Below, piece by piece: positions 36,530-45,798 of a stretch of 64,000 bases of DNA. Position numbers and translations under genes: made by a program. The DNA lies in assembly GCA_963765005.1 (NCBI GenBank), contig CAVXUP010000008.1, positions 12,941-76,940 of the forward strand, given 5' to 3'. The first letter of the stretch is position 1, and each line of letters starts with the position of its first letter. Under the pieces are notes generated by a model that was given only the letters and a program-made list of their open reading frames with translations, did no database searches and had not been told where the DNA came from. The stretch comes from an uncultured Bacteroidales bacterium. Lineage in GTDB: Bacteria; Bacteroidota; Bacteroidia; Bacteroidales; VadinHA17.

Positions 36530-38107
36530 TCAGAATTCGGAAACGGAGCGCTTGGGATGATCGATTGAATAATGCAGGCCTATGCTCTCCTGCCTGTCGC
36601 GGGCCATTTTTATTATAACATATCCAATATTAATGAGGTTTCTTAACTCGCAGATTTTCTTTGAAATAAGAGAACGTTTAAAGAGGCTCTCATTTTCTTT
36701 GTATATGATTTCGAGCCTGATAAGTGCCCTTTCGAGCCTGAGGTCAGACCTTACAATGCCGACATAATTGCTCATTATCATCTGAACTTCCCTGAAGTTT
36801 TGGGTAACAAGCACCATCTCCTCAAGGTGGGTGGTTCCCTTGTAGTCCCAGTCGGGGATCTTCTCCTCGTATTTCATCTCCCTGAGTCGTTCACCGGCAT
36901 GAATAGCTGCCCTGTGAGCATAAACTGCAGCCTCAATAAGCGAGTTTGAAGCCAGCCTGTTGGCCCCGTGCAAACCAGTTGAAGAGGCTTCACCCAGGGC
37001 ATAAAGACGGTAAATATTGCTCTGTCCGTCCATGTCAACCTTTATCCCGCCGCATGAATAATGGGCGGCAGGAACAACCGGGATAAGATCTTTTGTTATA
37101 TCGATGCCACGGGCCATGCAGTGTTCATACACATTCGGGAAATGGTCAATTAGTCCGCTGGAATCAAGGTGGGTGCAATCGAGCCAGACATGGTCATCAC
37201 CCCAGATCTTCATCTCGTTGTCGATTGCCCTTGCAACAATATCGCGCGGAGCAAGCGATCCACGGCTGTCGTACCTGTTCATGAATTTTTCGCCGGCTAT
37301 GTTCATCAGCTGGGCTCCATAGCCCCGCAAAGCTTCGGTAATAAGAAATGAAGGCCGGGTTTTGGGATCGTAGAGGGAGGTGGGATGAAACTGCACGAAC
37401 TCCATATTTTCTATTGTCCCCTTGGCCCTGTAAACCATTGCCACTCCATCGCCTGTCGCAATCTCAGGGTTTGTGGTTGTCATATAAACATTACCCATGC
37501 CCCCTGTGGCTATGACTGTAATCCTCGAAAGGAAGGTGATGACCTTCTGGTTCATAAGATCGGCAACATAGGCCCCGAAGCACTTTATATCGGGGTTATT
37601 CTTTTTCAGTACCTCTCCAAGGTGGTGCTGGGTAAGGATCTCTATTGCAAAATGATTCTCGAATATTTCAATATTGGGATCTTTCCGTACCTGCTCCACA
37701 AGGCTCTTCTGGATAGCCTCTCCTGTCTTGTCCTTGTGATGAAGGATTCGGTGCTCGGTGTGCCCGCCCTCCTTTGCAAGATCGTAGGTACCATCTTCTT
37801 TCCTGTCGAACGAGACTCCCAGCTCAATAAGGTCCTTAATCCTTTCAGGAGCCTCCTCAACAACCATTCTTACAACCTCTTCATTGCAGAAACCATCTCC
37901 CGCAATAAGAGTGTCCTTAATATGCTTTTCAAAATTATCAGGTTCACTGAATACTGCTGCAATGCCGCCCTGAGCGTACTTAGTGTTGGAATCGCCGATA
38001 CCTGCCTTGGTAACAACTGCCACCTTTCCGAACTTGGAAGCCTTAAGTGCAAATGAGAGACCGGCGATGCCGGAACCAATAACAAGAAAATCTGTTCTCT
38101 TTTTCAT
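36530..38107 (-). CDS. nadB: L-aspartate oxidase
   Basis: FAD fold DFLVIGSGIAGLSFAL and succinate dehydrogenase/fumarate reductase flavoprotein-like blocks. ATG at 38107; the track start at 38119 is TTG. Confidence 0.92.
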   Translation of the reverse strand: MKKRTDFLVIGSGIAGLSFALKASKFGKVAVVTKAGIGDSNTKYAQGGIAAVFSEPDNFEKHIKDTLIAGDGFCNEEVVRMVVEEAPERIKDLIELGVSFDRKEDGTYDLAKEGGHTEHRILHHKDKTGEAIQKSLVEQVRKDPNIEIFENHFAIEILTQHHLGEVLKKNNPDIKCFGAYVADLMNQKVITFLSRITVIATGGMGNVYMTTTNPEIATGDGVAMVYRAKGTIENMEFVQFHPTSLYDPKTRPSFLITEALRGYGAQLMNIAGEKFMNRYDSRGSLAPRDIVARAIDNEMKIWGDDHVWLDCTHLDSSGLIDHFPNVYEHCMARGIDITKDLIPVVPAAHYSCGGIKVDMDGQSNIYRLYALGEASSTGLHGANRLASNSLIEAAVYAHRAAIHAGERLREMKYEEKIPDWDYKGTTHLEEMVLVTQNFREVQMIMSNYVGIVRSDLRLERALIRLEIIYKENESLFKRSLISKKICELRNLINIGYVIIKMARDRQESIGLHYSIDHPKRSVSEF

Positions 38108-38145
38108 AAGTGCGAACAAAACAAAGGGTAAATATACGAATAGTA

Positions 38146-38192
38146 AGGAGTTTGGAGTGACTAGAGTGAGCTAAAGTTTGGAGTTGGTGAGC
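38146..38192. repeat. Weak oligo-repeat patch (agtttggagt twice; gagtgac/gagtgagc/ggtgagc)
   Basis: Read directly in the divergent nadB/glyQS intergenic region. Degenerate. Confidence 0.4.
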
Positions 38193-38221
38193 CGGCAGGG
38201 TGATACCTCATTCCTGAAACC

Positions 38222-38252
38222 TTGTAAAACAGAAGTTTTTGAATTACTTTTG
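38222..38252 (+). promoter_or_regulatory. Candidate Bacteroidota sigma-AB promoter for glyQS (-33 TTG, -7 TACTTTTG)
   Basis: TTG at 38222-38224, a 20-nt spacer, then TAnnTTTG at 38245-38252, which lies 29 nt upstream of the ATG. Confidence 0.45.
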
Positions 38253-38280
38253 CCTTCCGTTAAAGTAACACAAAACAATT

Positions 38281-39831
38281 ATGGCTCAGGAAGATGTTTT
38301 CAGGAAACTGGTTGCACACTGTAAGGAATACGGGTATGTTTTTCCCTCAAGTGAGATCTATGACGGCTTAAGCGCAGTGTATGATTATGGTCAATATGGT
38401 GTTGAACTCAAAAACAATATAAAGAAATACTGGTGGGACAGCATGGTCCTTCTCAATGACAATATTGTAGGACTCGACTCGGCAATATTCATGCATCCCA
38501 CTATCTGGAAGGCATCAGGACATGTCGATGCATTCAATGATCCGCTTATTGACAACAAGGACTCAAAAAAGAGATACCGCGCCGATGTTCTTATCGAAGA
38601 GCACCTTGCAAAGATCGAGGACAAGATCACCAAGGAGGTTGAAAAGGCAAGGGAGCGATTCGGTGAGGCTTTTGATGAGAAGAAATTCAGGGAAACAAAC
38701 CCGAGGGTTGTCGCTAACCAGGCAAAGATTGATGAAATTTCTTCAAGGTTTGCGAAGGCTCTTAACGAAACCGACCTTCCTGAGATCAAGCAGATAATTA
38801 TAGATAATGAAATTGTCTGTCCGATTTCCGGAACCCGTAACTGGACCGATGTCAGGCAATTCAACCTGATGTTCTCAACAGAGATGGGATCGACCTCGGA
38901 AGGCGCAAGCAAAATTTATCTTCGTCCCGAGACAGCCCAGGGGATCTTTGTCAATTTTCTTAATGTCCAGAAGACCGGGAGGATGAAGCTTCCGTTCGGA
39001 ATTGCCCAGATCGGGAAAGCCTTCAGAAACGAGATTGTTGCCAGGCAGTTTATCTTCAGGATGCGGGAGTTTGAGCAGATGGAGATGCAGTTCTTTGTTC
39101 AGCCGGGAACAGAACTCGGTTGGTTTGCCAGATGGAAGGAAATAAGGATGAAGTGGCATCAGGCTCTCGGCTTCGGCAGCGAAAACTATCGTTTCCACGA
39201 CCATGTGAAACTTGCTCACTATGCCAACGCAGCGACAGATATCGAATTCCGTTTCCCGTTCGGGTTCAAGGAGGTTGAAGGGATACATTCGAGAACCGAT
39301 TATGATCTGAAACAACATCAGGAGTACAGCGGAAAGAAGATGCAATATTTCGATCCCGAAAAAGGAGAATCATATGTGCCATTTGTAATTGAAACATCTA
39401 TCGGCGTTGACAGGATGTTCCTTCAGGTGATTTCCGCAGCATATTGCGAAGAGGAGCTTAAGAAGGAGGACGGAACAACCGACACAAGGGTTGTTCTCCG
39501 GCTTCCATCCTTCCTTGCACCGGTAAAGCTTGCTGTAATGCCTCTTGTCAAGAAGGACGGTCTTCCCGAGATCGCCGAAAAGATTGTGCATGACCTGAAG
39601 TTTGACTTTAACTGCCAGTACGACGACAAGGATTCTATAGGCAGGCGATACAGGAGACAGGATGCCATCGGAACACCATATTGCATTACTATAGATCATC
39701 AGACTATCGAAGACAACAGCGTCACTATCAGATATCGCGACTCGATGGAACAGGAGCGCGTAAGTATTGAGAAACTTCAGTCGATCATAAAAGAAAAAGT
39801 CTCTATTCAAAGCTTGCTTAAAAAGCTGTAG
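38281..39831 (+). CDS. glyQS: Glycine--tRNA ligase (homodimeric class II)
   Basis: 516 aa with class II motifs and a C-terminal anticodon-binding domain. The stop TAG lies inside the first unit of the 9-mer array. Confidence 0.95.
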   Translation: MAQEDVFRKLVAHCKEYGYVFPSSEIYDGLSAVYDYGQYGVELKNNIKKYWWDSMVLLNDNIVGLDSAIFMHPTIWKASGHVDAFNDPLIDNKDSKKRYRADVLIEEHLAKIEDKITKEVEKARERFGEAFDEKKFRETNPRVVANQAKIDEISSRFAKALNETDLPEIKQIIIDNEIVCPISGTRNWTDVRQFNLMFSTEMGSTSEGASKIYLRPETAQGIFVNFLNVQKTGRMKLPFGIAQIGKAFRNEIVARQFIFRMREFEQMEMQFFVQPGTELGWFARWKEIRMKWHQALGFGSENYRFHDHVKLAHYANAATDIEFRFPFGFKEVEGIHSRTDYDLKQHQEYSGKKMQYFDPEKGESYVPFVIETSIGVDRMFLQVISAAYCEEELKKEDGTTDTRVVLRLPSFLAPVKLAVMPLVKKDGLPEIAEKIVHDLKFDFNCQYDDKDSIGRRYRRQDAIGTPYCITIDHQTIEDNSVTIRYRDSMEQERVSIEKLQSIIKEKVSIQSLLKKL

Positions 39832-39860
39832 AGGCTGTAGAGGCTGTAAAGGCTGTAGAG
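39825..39860. repeat. Tandem 9-mer array (GCTGTAGAG, 4 copies)
   Basis: gctgtagag gctgtagag gctgtaaag gctgtagag. Supplies four in-frame stop codons after glyQS. Confidence 0.92.
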
Positions 39861-39890
39861 GGAAGAAGTGGTAAATTAAAATCAGTGAGA

Positions 39891-40247
39891 ATGGCCCATC
39901 CATGGAAAGATCTGATTGTGTGGCAAAAAGCTCATAAATTTGTACTTGAAATTTACAAGTTAACAGATAGTTTTCCTGAAAAAGAAAGATTTGGATTGAT
40001 TCAGCAAATCAGAAAATCGTCTGCCTCAACTGCAGCAAATATTGTTGAAGGAAAATCAAAAAATACTGATAAGGAATTTTTAGCTTTCCTTTATAATTCA
40101 CGAGGTTCACTGGAAGAAACACGCTATCATTTACTTCTTTCAAAAGACTTAGGTTATATCAAAGAAAATGATTATGATTCATTGGAACAACTTGCAACAG
40201 AAGTCAGTTTCCTTCTAAATAAACTTATCTCATCCATAACAAGATGA
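39891..40247 (+). CDS. Four-helix-bundle protein (23S rRNA intervening-sequence protein / Avd family)
   Basis: WKDLIVWQKAHKFVLEIYKLTDSFPEKERFGLIQQIRKSSASTAANIVEG...SRGSLEETRYHLLLSKDLGYI is the family pattern. Confidence 0.88.
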   Translation: MAHPWKDLIVWQKAHKFVLEIYKLTDSFPEKERFGLIQQIRKSSASTAANIVEGKSKNTDKEFLAFLYNSRGSLEETRYHLLLSKDLGYIKENDYDSLEQLATEVSFLLNKLISSITR

Positions 40248-41635
40248 CCTCCTCAAAGCATCATAATAACTCTTCTCAAAAACAATCAGTCCCAGCCGAT
40301 CCTATATCTTCCGGACCCTCCTCCGCTTCTACAGCCTCTACCGCCTTTACCGCCTCTACAGCTATTCCTTCCTCCAAGGTCCTGATAGTCACGTACTATT
40401 GGCCACCAAGCGGCGGAGCGGGAGTTCAGCGTTGGCTCAAGTTCTCGAAATACCTTCCTGAATTCGGATGGGAGCCTGTAATTCTCACAATAGATCCCGA
40501 TTTTGCAGCTTATCCTGTAACTGACAGTTCCCTTGCTTCAGATGTGCCGGAAAACCTCAGAGTATTTAAGACAAGGGCAACTGATTATTTCAGCATCTAT
40601 AAAAAGGACAGGTCAAAAATCCCCTCGGCCGGTTTCGCAAATAGTGTAAATAATACACTTACAGGGAAAATTATGAGATTCATCAGGGGGAATTTCTTTA
40701 TTCCCGACCCGAGAAAAGGGTGGAACAGCTTTGCTTTCAAAAAAGCCTGTGAACTGATCTCTTCTGAAGGCATCAAACATGTAATCACTACAAGTCCCCC
40801 TCACTCCACTCAGCTCATTGGCCTCAGGCTAAAGAAAAAGTTTCCGGGAATAAAATGGATTACAGATCTGCGCGATCCCTGGACAGACATCTACTATTAT
40901 GAGCAGTTCTACCCTACCCTGCTGTCGAAATTCATTGATTCGCGTCTTGAAAAAAAAGTGCTTAAAAATGCCGACACAATAATCACAGTGGGAGAAACTC
41001 TGAAAAAGCACTTCGCAGCAAAAGAGCCTGAAGCTGAGAGGAAGACCACTGTGATTCACAATGGTTTTGATGAAGAAGATTTCAAAGAAATAAAGGCAGC
41101 CGCCCCTTCGCGATTCACCCTGACTTACGTCGGAACTCTCTCTGATATCTACCCGGTGGAAGGACTGCTGGAAGCATTAAAAAAACTACAGTCTGAAGGA
41201 ATTGATTTTATTCTGCGTTTTGTCGGGACAGTATCACCGAATTCGATGGCACTGATAAAGTCATCGCTTCCGGAAAAAAATATTGAATTTATCCCATATG
41301 CAAAACACAATGAAGCCATCCGTCATATGGCGAACTCGTCTATTCTTTTGTTAATAATACCTTCGCATAAAAGCAATAAAAGCATAATAACAGGGAAACT
41401 GTTTGAGTACCTGGGTTCAGGGAGACCGGTCCTTTGCATAGGGCCTTCCGACGGTGATGCCGCACACATAATTGAACTGTCAGCCGGGGGAAGAACAGTT
41501 GATTATTATAATTCCAAAGCTGCCGGTTCTTATATACGAGAGATAATGAATAAAAGCTATTCTGTTCAGAATTCAGGAAAAATCAGATTCTCTAGGAGGA
41601 ATATAACAGGTCAGCTGGCGGAGGTGATCCGGTAG
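40244..41635 (+). CDS. GT4-family glycosyltransferase with an atypical 44-aa Ser/Thr/Ala-rich N-terminal extension
   Basis: The conserved N-terminus KVLIVTYYWPPSGGAGVQRWLKF starts at codon 45. The ATG at 40244 overlaps the four-helix-bundle stop (ATGA). Confidence 0.85.
   Translation: MTSSKHHNNSSQKQSVPADPISSGPSSASTASTAFTASTAIPSSKVLIVTYYWPPSGGAGVQRWLKFSKYLPEFGWEPVILTIDPDFAAYPVTDSSLASDVPENLRVFKTRATDYFSIYKKDRSKIPSAGFANSVNNTLTGKIMRFIRGNFFIPDPRKGWNSFAFKKACELISSEGIKHVITTSPPHSTQLIGLRLKKKFPGIKWITDLRDPWTDIYYYEQFYPTLLSKFIDSRLEKKVLKNADTIITVGETLKKHFAAKEPEAERKTTVIHNGFDEEDFKEIKAAAPSRFTLTYVGTLSDIYPVEGLLEALKKLQSEGIDFILRFVGTVSPNSMALIKSSLPEKNIEFIPYAKHNEAIRHMANSSILLLIIPSHKSNKSIITGKLFEYLGSGRPVLCIGPSDGDAAHIIELSAGGRTVDYYNSKAAGSYIREIMNKSYSVQNSGKIRFSRRNITGQLAEVIR
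40319..40363. repeat. Tandem 9-mer array, 5 copies, inverted orientation (CTCTACAGC type)
   Basis: ctcctccgc ttctacagc ctctaccgc ctttaccgc ctctacagc. Lies inside the 5' coding region of the GT4 gene, where it is translated as ASTASTAFTASTA. Confidence 0.9.
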
Positions 41636-41665
41636 CAAGACAAATTTTCGAAAAAGTTTTCAAAG

Positions 41666-42868
41666 ATGAACATCGGAGTTGTTGTTGACAATGAGCTTAA
41701 TGATGACAAAAGGGTTCTCAGGGAGATCTCGATCCTGAAGGACAACGGATTTAAAATCTTTGTCCTGTGCTTTGGCTTCGACGGCAAAGCGTACCCCGAA
41801 ATTGAAGGAGTAAATGTTACGAGGATCAGAATCAGCAGAAAGCATAAGAACACTCTCTTCTTTTTCCAGAACACAATTGCGCTTTATGCGGCTCTCTGGA
41901 GCTCTGAAATAAGAAAATTCATTGAACTGAACAGAATTGATCTGATTCATGCTCATGACCTTTATATGTCGGAAGCTGCCTATACAGGAATTAAAAAAAG
42001 CAAAAAAAGCATACCACTAATCCTTGACCTTCATGAGAATTATCCCTTTGCTGTCCGGACCTATAACTGGACCAAAGGGTTTTTAAGAAGCCTGATTTCG
42101 CGTCCTAAAAAATGGAGCTCGCTCGAGGCCCGGTACCTCAGCTGCCCCGACAGGATAATTGTGCTAAGCCGGGAATTCGGCGAAGATCTTCGTACACGAT
42201 ATGATTTTCTGACCCCTGAAAAAATATGGCCGTTCCCCAATGTTCCCGATCTTGAACATATGGAGAGTTTCCCTGTCGACAGCTCGCTGGTGAAATTTAA
42301 AAAGAAGGCTCCGGTTTTGTTTTACTTCGGGGTTATTGCCGAACGCAGAGGGATTTTTGAGGCTCTTGATGCTTTCAGTCAGGTAATTGCCGGAGGTCAT
42401 AAGGCACAGTTCCTTGCAATCGGGCCGATTGACAAAAAAGACCGGGAAAGATTTGAAAGCTATCTTAGCATTCCTTCTCTTAAAGAATTGATAATCTACA
42501 TACCGTGGATAAACCTGTCGGAACTTCCTTCATACCTCGATGCCAGCGATATCTGCCTTGCCCCCTTTCACAAAAACCCACAGCATGAGTCAGGCGTAGC
42601 AAATAAGATTTACGACTATATGCTGGGAAGCAGACCCATAATTGCATCAGACTGCAGGCCGCAAAAAAACCTTATTGAAAGACATCAGTGCGGCATTGTT
42701 TACAATAACCTGTCTGAATTTCACGATTCTCTTGTTAAGCTGCTTGATGATGAATCGCTCAGACGAAAAATGGGAGAGAACGGGTACAGGGCTGTCATAA
42801 GTCACTATAATACAAAAATTGTGAAGGATGACCTTTTATCTTGTTACAAAGGGTTAACCGGTGAATAA
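41666..42868 (+). CDS. GT4-family glycosyltransferase
   Basis: GT-B fold with the C-terminal E...GVANKIYDYM block. Confidence 0.85.
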   Translation: MNIGVVVDNELNDDKRVLREISILKDNGFKIFVLCFGFDGKAYPEIEGVNVTRIRISRKHKNTLFFFQNTIALYAALWSSEIRKFIELNRIDLIHAHDLYMSEAAYTGIKKSKKSIPLILDLHENYPFAVRTYNWTKGFLRSLISRPKKWSSLEARYLSCPDRIIVLSREFGEDLRTRYDFLTPEKIWPFPNVPDLEHMESFPVDSSLVKFKKKAPVLFYFGVIAERRGIFEALDAFSQVIAGGHKAQFLAIGPIDKKDRERFESYLSIPSLKELIIYIPWINLSELPSYLDASDICLAPFHKNPQHESGVANKIYDYMLGSRPIIASDCRPQKNLIERHQCGIVYNNLSEFHDSLVKLLDDESLRRKMGENGYRAVISHYNTKIVKDDLLSCYKGLTGE

Positions 42869-42880
42869 AAAAAGCAGTTA

Positions 42881-44014
42881 ATGAAGATCTTAATCCTCAC
42901 TCACTCCTATCCCGACTCCGTTCAGAAATGGCGGGGAATTTTCATAAGGGAACAGGCAGAAGCTCTGAGCAGCATTCACGAAGTGACAGTTGTCTATTTC
43001 AGGGTTGACTATTCAGTGTTTGCTCCTTTCTCCGGTTACAGCTTTGTGAAGAAAGAAAGAGGCAGGCTGACTGAATTTGAGGTAACAACAACAAGGTCGC
43101 TTCCGGTGATAACCCAGCTCAAATACTTAAAGGATACCTGCCGTTTCGTTGAAAAAGAGATCCTTAAAACTTCAAAGCCGGATATAATTCACTCGCATCT
43201 CTCCTACCCGGCAGGAATTCTTGGGGTTATAATTGGCAGGAGAAAAAAAATTCCATCGGTTCTTACTGAACATACCTGGATCAAAAAGTATTTCAGAAGC
43301 TTAATACATAAAAGATGTGTTCTTCATGCCCTGAAAAACTCTGATATTGTTATTGCAGTGAGTGAGGCTTTGAAGGAGGATATTCTCAGCTATGGGGGAA
43401 AAAATGCAGAAGTAGTGCCAAATGTGATTGATACTGACAAATTTCCCCTTTCCGGAAAGGGAGGTGGAAAGACCCTGAATCTTGGAATACTTGGCGGGAT
43501 GAGCAACTACAGGAAGGGGCTTGACATTTTGCTGCAGGCAGTTGCGCTGGTTCAAAACCCGGATGTTATTGTTCACATCGGAGGTGACGGAACTCTGCTT
43601 ACAACATTCAGAAAGCTGGCCGCTGAACTGGGAATAGAAAAAAAATGCATCTTCTACGGTGAGATTTTGCAGACCGACCTTGTGAAATTTTATTCAAAAC
43701 TTGATCTATTTGTCCTGGCAAGCCGTGATGAGACCTTTGGGGTCGTTGTTGTGGAAGCAATGGCATCAGGGCTTCCGGTTATCGCGACAAGATGCGGCGG
43801 ACCGGAGGAGATCATTACAAAGGAGACCGGGCTTCTTGTTGAAAAGGAAAATCCGGCTGAATTAGCTAAGGCAATAGATTATATCTCGGAAACCATCGGG
43901 ACTTATGACCACAACTCAATAAGAAAATATGCTGTTGAAAAGTATGGACAGAAAGCCTTTGTTGAGAAGATGACAAGGCATTATGGAGAAATTTTCTTCA
44001 GTTGTCAGATTTAA
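42881..44014 (+). CDS. GT4-family glycosyltransferase
   Basis: ETFGVVVVEAMASGLPVIATRCGGPEEII (EX7E region). Confidence 0.9.
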   Translation: MKILILTHSYPDSVQKWRGIFIREQAEALSSIHEVTVVYFRVDYSVFAPFSGYSFVKKERGRLTEFEVTTTRSLPVITQLKYLKDTCRFVEKEILKTSKPDIIHSHLSYPAGILGVIIGRRKKIPSVLTEHTWIKKYFRSLIHKRCVLHALKNSDIVIAVSEALKEDILSYGGKNAEVVPNVIDTDKFPLSGKGGGKTLNLGILGGMSNYRKGLDILLQAVALVQNPDVIVHIGGDGTLLTTFRKLAAELGIEKKCIFYGEILQTDLVKFYSKLDLFVLASRDETFGVVVVEAMASGLPVIATRCGGPEEIITKETGLLVEKENPAELAKAIDYISETIGTYDHNSIRKYAVEKYGQKAFVEKMTRHYGEIFFSCQI

Positions 44015-44176
44015 TTATTCTGACTGCTAATAATTAACGAGTGCTCTGCTCCTTTGAAGGAGGAGTACCCCAAGAATACTCATCCAATTTTCTGATAAAT
44101 CTAGGTTCCTCTTCAGCTGAAGATTGCTATTCTTTGAAATCTTCTCAGCGTGTCCAAAAGGTGGACTTTGTTGCGA

Positions 44177-44953
44177 TTAAATGCTTTTCAGCAGAGCAAA
44201 ATAGTTTGTCCCGTAGATTTTGCCGGCAAGGGTTTTATTTGAAAGTTTGACTAAGTCTTCCAGCGAATAGAAGACTGTCCAGAAGATCCTCAGCGGAAGT
44301 GGTTTGGCTTTTACTCTTTTTGACCTGTTCCGTTTATATGCTTCATACACTTTTTTGTCAAAAAAGGCTATAGAAGTAAAGCTGTTTACAATCTCAAACC
44401 CGGCCTCCTTCACAAGATTCTCCGCCATGGCCCTGTCGTAGCACCGGAGATGGCCCGAAGGATCTGATTCTCCGTACTGCCGGTTTCTTGTATTAAATGA
44501 CTTTTCAAGCGGAAGGTTCAGTACCACATGGGAAGAGATCCCTTTTACGGATCTCATGAAAGCCAGATCGTCGGGGATATGCTCAACAATATCAGAAAGG
44601 ACAACAAGCGAAAATTTCGCTCCTGCTGTTTTGTCTTCCTTAACGAATTCTTCCACTGTTCCCCTGAAGAAATGGCACTCAGGCCACATTGTCGAGGCCG
44701 TTTTAATATTTTCAGTTGAAATATCCACCCCGGTCCTGTTGCTTATCTTCAGAGTGCCGGCAATTCTGTTAAGCAGTACGCCGAATGCGCACCCAACCTC
44801 AAGGATCTCACTGAAAACCAACCCTTCGGGTATCACCCTCACAAGCTCCTGCACTTTCCATCCGACAGCGGCATCGTAATACTCGCGGCTCGCAGGATCA
44901 TTGCGGAATGCTATATAATCCGGCTGATTATCGTAGAATTTTTCAAAATCCAT
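44177..44953 (-). CDS. Class I SAM-dependent methyltransferase
   Basis: Motif I ILEVGCAFG, and post-I DIS. Confidence 0.82.
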   Translation of the reverse strand: MDFEKFYDNQPDYIAFRNDPASREYYDAAVGWKVQELVRVIPEGLVFSEILEVGCAFGVLLNRIAGTLKISNRTGVDISTENIKTASTMWPECHFFRGTVEEFVKEDKTAGAKFSLVVLSDIVEHIPDDLAFMRSVKGISSHVVLNLPLEKSFNTRNRQYGESDPSGHLRCYDRAMAENLVKEAGFEIVNSFTSIAFFDKKVYEAYKRNRSKRVKAKPLPLRIFWTVFYSLEDLVKLSNKTLAGKIYGTNYFALLKSI

Positions 44954-44954
44954 G

Positions 44955-45674
44955 CTAGGGTTTCCTTTTTAAAATATATACAAGGGCTCTTCCTTTTTTC
45001 GGGCCCGACATGAAGGGATAGAATAGCAGGAGTATTGAATTCCGCAGAAGCGAAAAAAGAGAAAATCCTGACAGATGTATGAGCGGCAAGGTTCCGGCGT
45101 GACCTTTTTTCAAGACAGTGAGGCCCAGCTTATCGAACATGTTCTCGAGCTGAATAAATGAAAGGGGGGTTATATGGCCATGTACAAAATCAGGTTTTTC
45201 GAAGGCTAAAAGCGATCCCCTCATAAAGAAACGGAGCCTTGAGGCAAAATTCGAGATATTGGGAGTGCTGAGAACTATGATCCCTTCTTCTTTAATAAGC
45301 GACATGCAGTCGCTTACATATTTCCAGGGATTCTGAAGATGTTCGAGGATCTCCATTGCCACCAGCAGGTCATATTTTTCTGTGAAAGCCTGATTGCCGA
45401 TATCCTTGTCGAGATCGAGAGTAATCTTTCTGTTCACAACTGCCTTAATCTGGTCAGTGTTTATATCGCAGCCATCTACAGTCATGCCTGCATCGATAAG
45501 CCTCTGGGAAAAGGCCCCTTCGCCACAGCCGAAATCAAGAATTTTCATGCCTTTTTTCAGGTATGGTTCCATCAGATCGAAGATATCGCTGTGAAGACCG
45601 TGTGCAGCCATCACCCTAATACCCTTGTAGTCAGGCGGTTTAAGTTCCCCTATCTTAATAAGCATAGTTGACAC
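44955..45674 (-). CDS. Class I SAM-dependent methyltransferase
   Basis: Motif I ILDFGCGEGAF. Confidence 0.82.
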   Translation of the reverse strand: MSTMLIKIGELKPPDYKGIRVMAAHGLHSDIFDLMEPYLKKGMKILDFGCGEGAFSQRLIDAGMTVDGCDINTDQIKAVVNRKITLDLDKDIGNQAFTEKYDLLVAMEILEHLQNPWKYVSDCMSLIKEEGIIVLSTPNISNFASRLRFFMRGSLLAFEKPDFVHGHITPLSFIQLENMFDKLGLTVLKKGHAGTLPLIHLSGFSLFSLLRNSILLLFYPFMSGPKKGRALVYILKRKP

Positions 45675-45798
45675 AGAAAATTGATAGGCTGTAAAAGTAC
45701 AAAAACTAAGGTAAATAGTATCTTCGTAATGATTTTGAAAATTACTGCTGAACCATCAGTAATAACGAGGGTCAGGGCTTTTCAGGAAGAGAAACAGA

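Larger units (their letters stand above)
39825..40363 (+). mobile_element. IVS-like cassette: a four-helix-bundle gene bracketed by inverted 9-mer arrays
   Basis: The left array (39825-39860) and the reverse complement of the right array (40319-40363) match in about 31/36 positions. One ORF lies between them. No target-site duplication was seen. Confidence 0.4.

Noticed and set aside
39825-40363. The short tandem arrays here and at 22559 and 29039, considered as CRISPR arrays.
   Set aside because: The units are 7-14 nt and directly abut each other with no spacers. No cas genes are present in the window.
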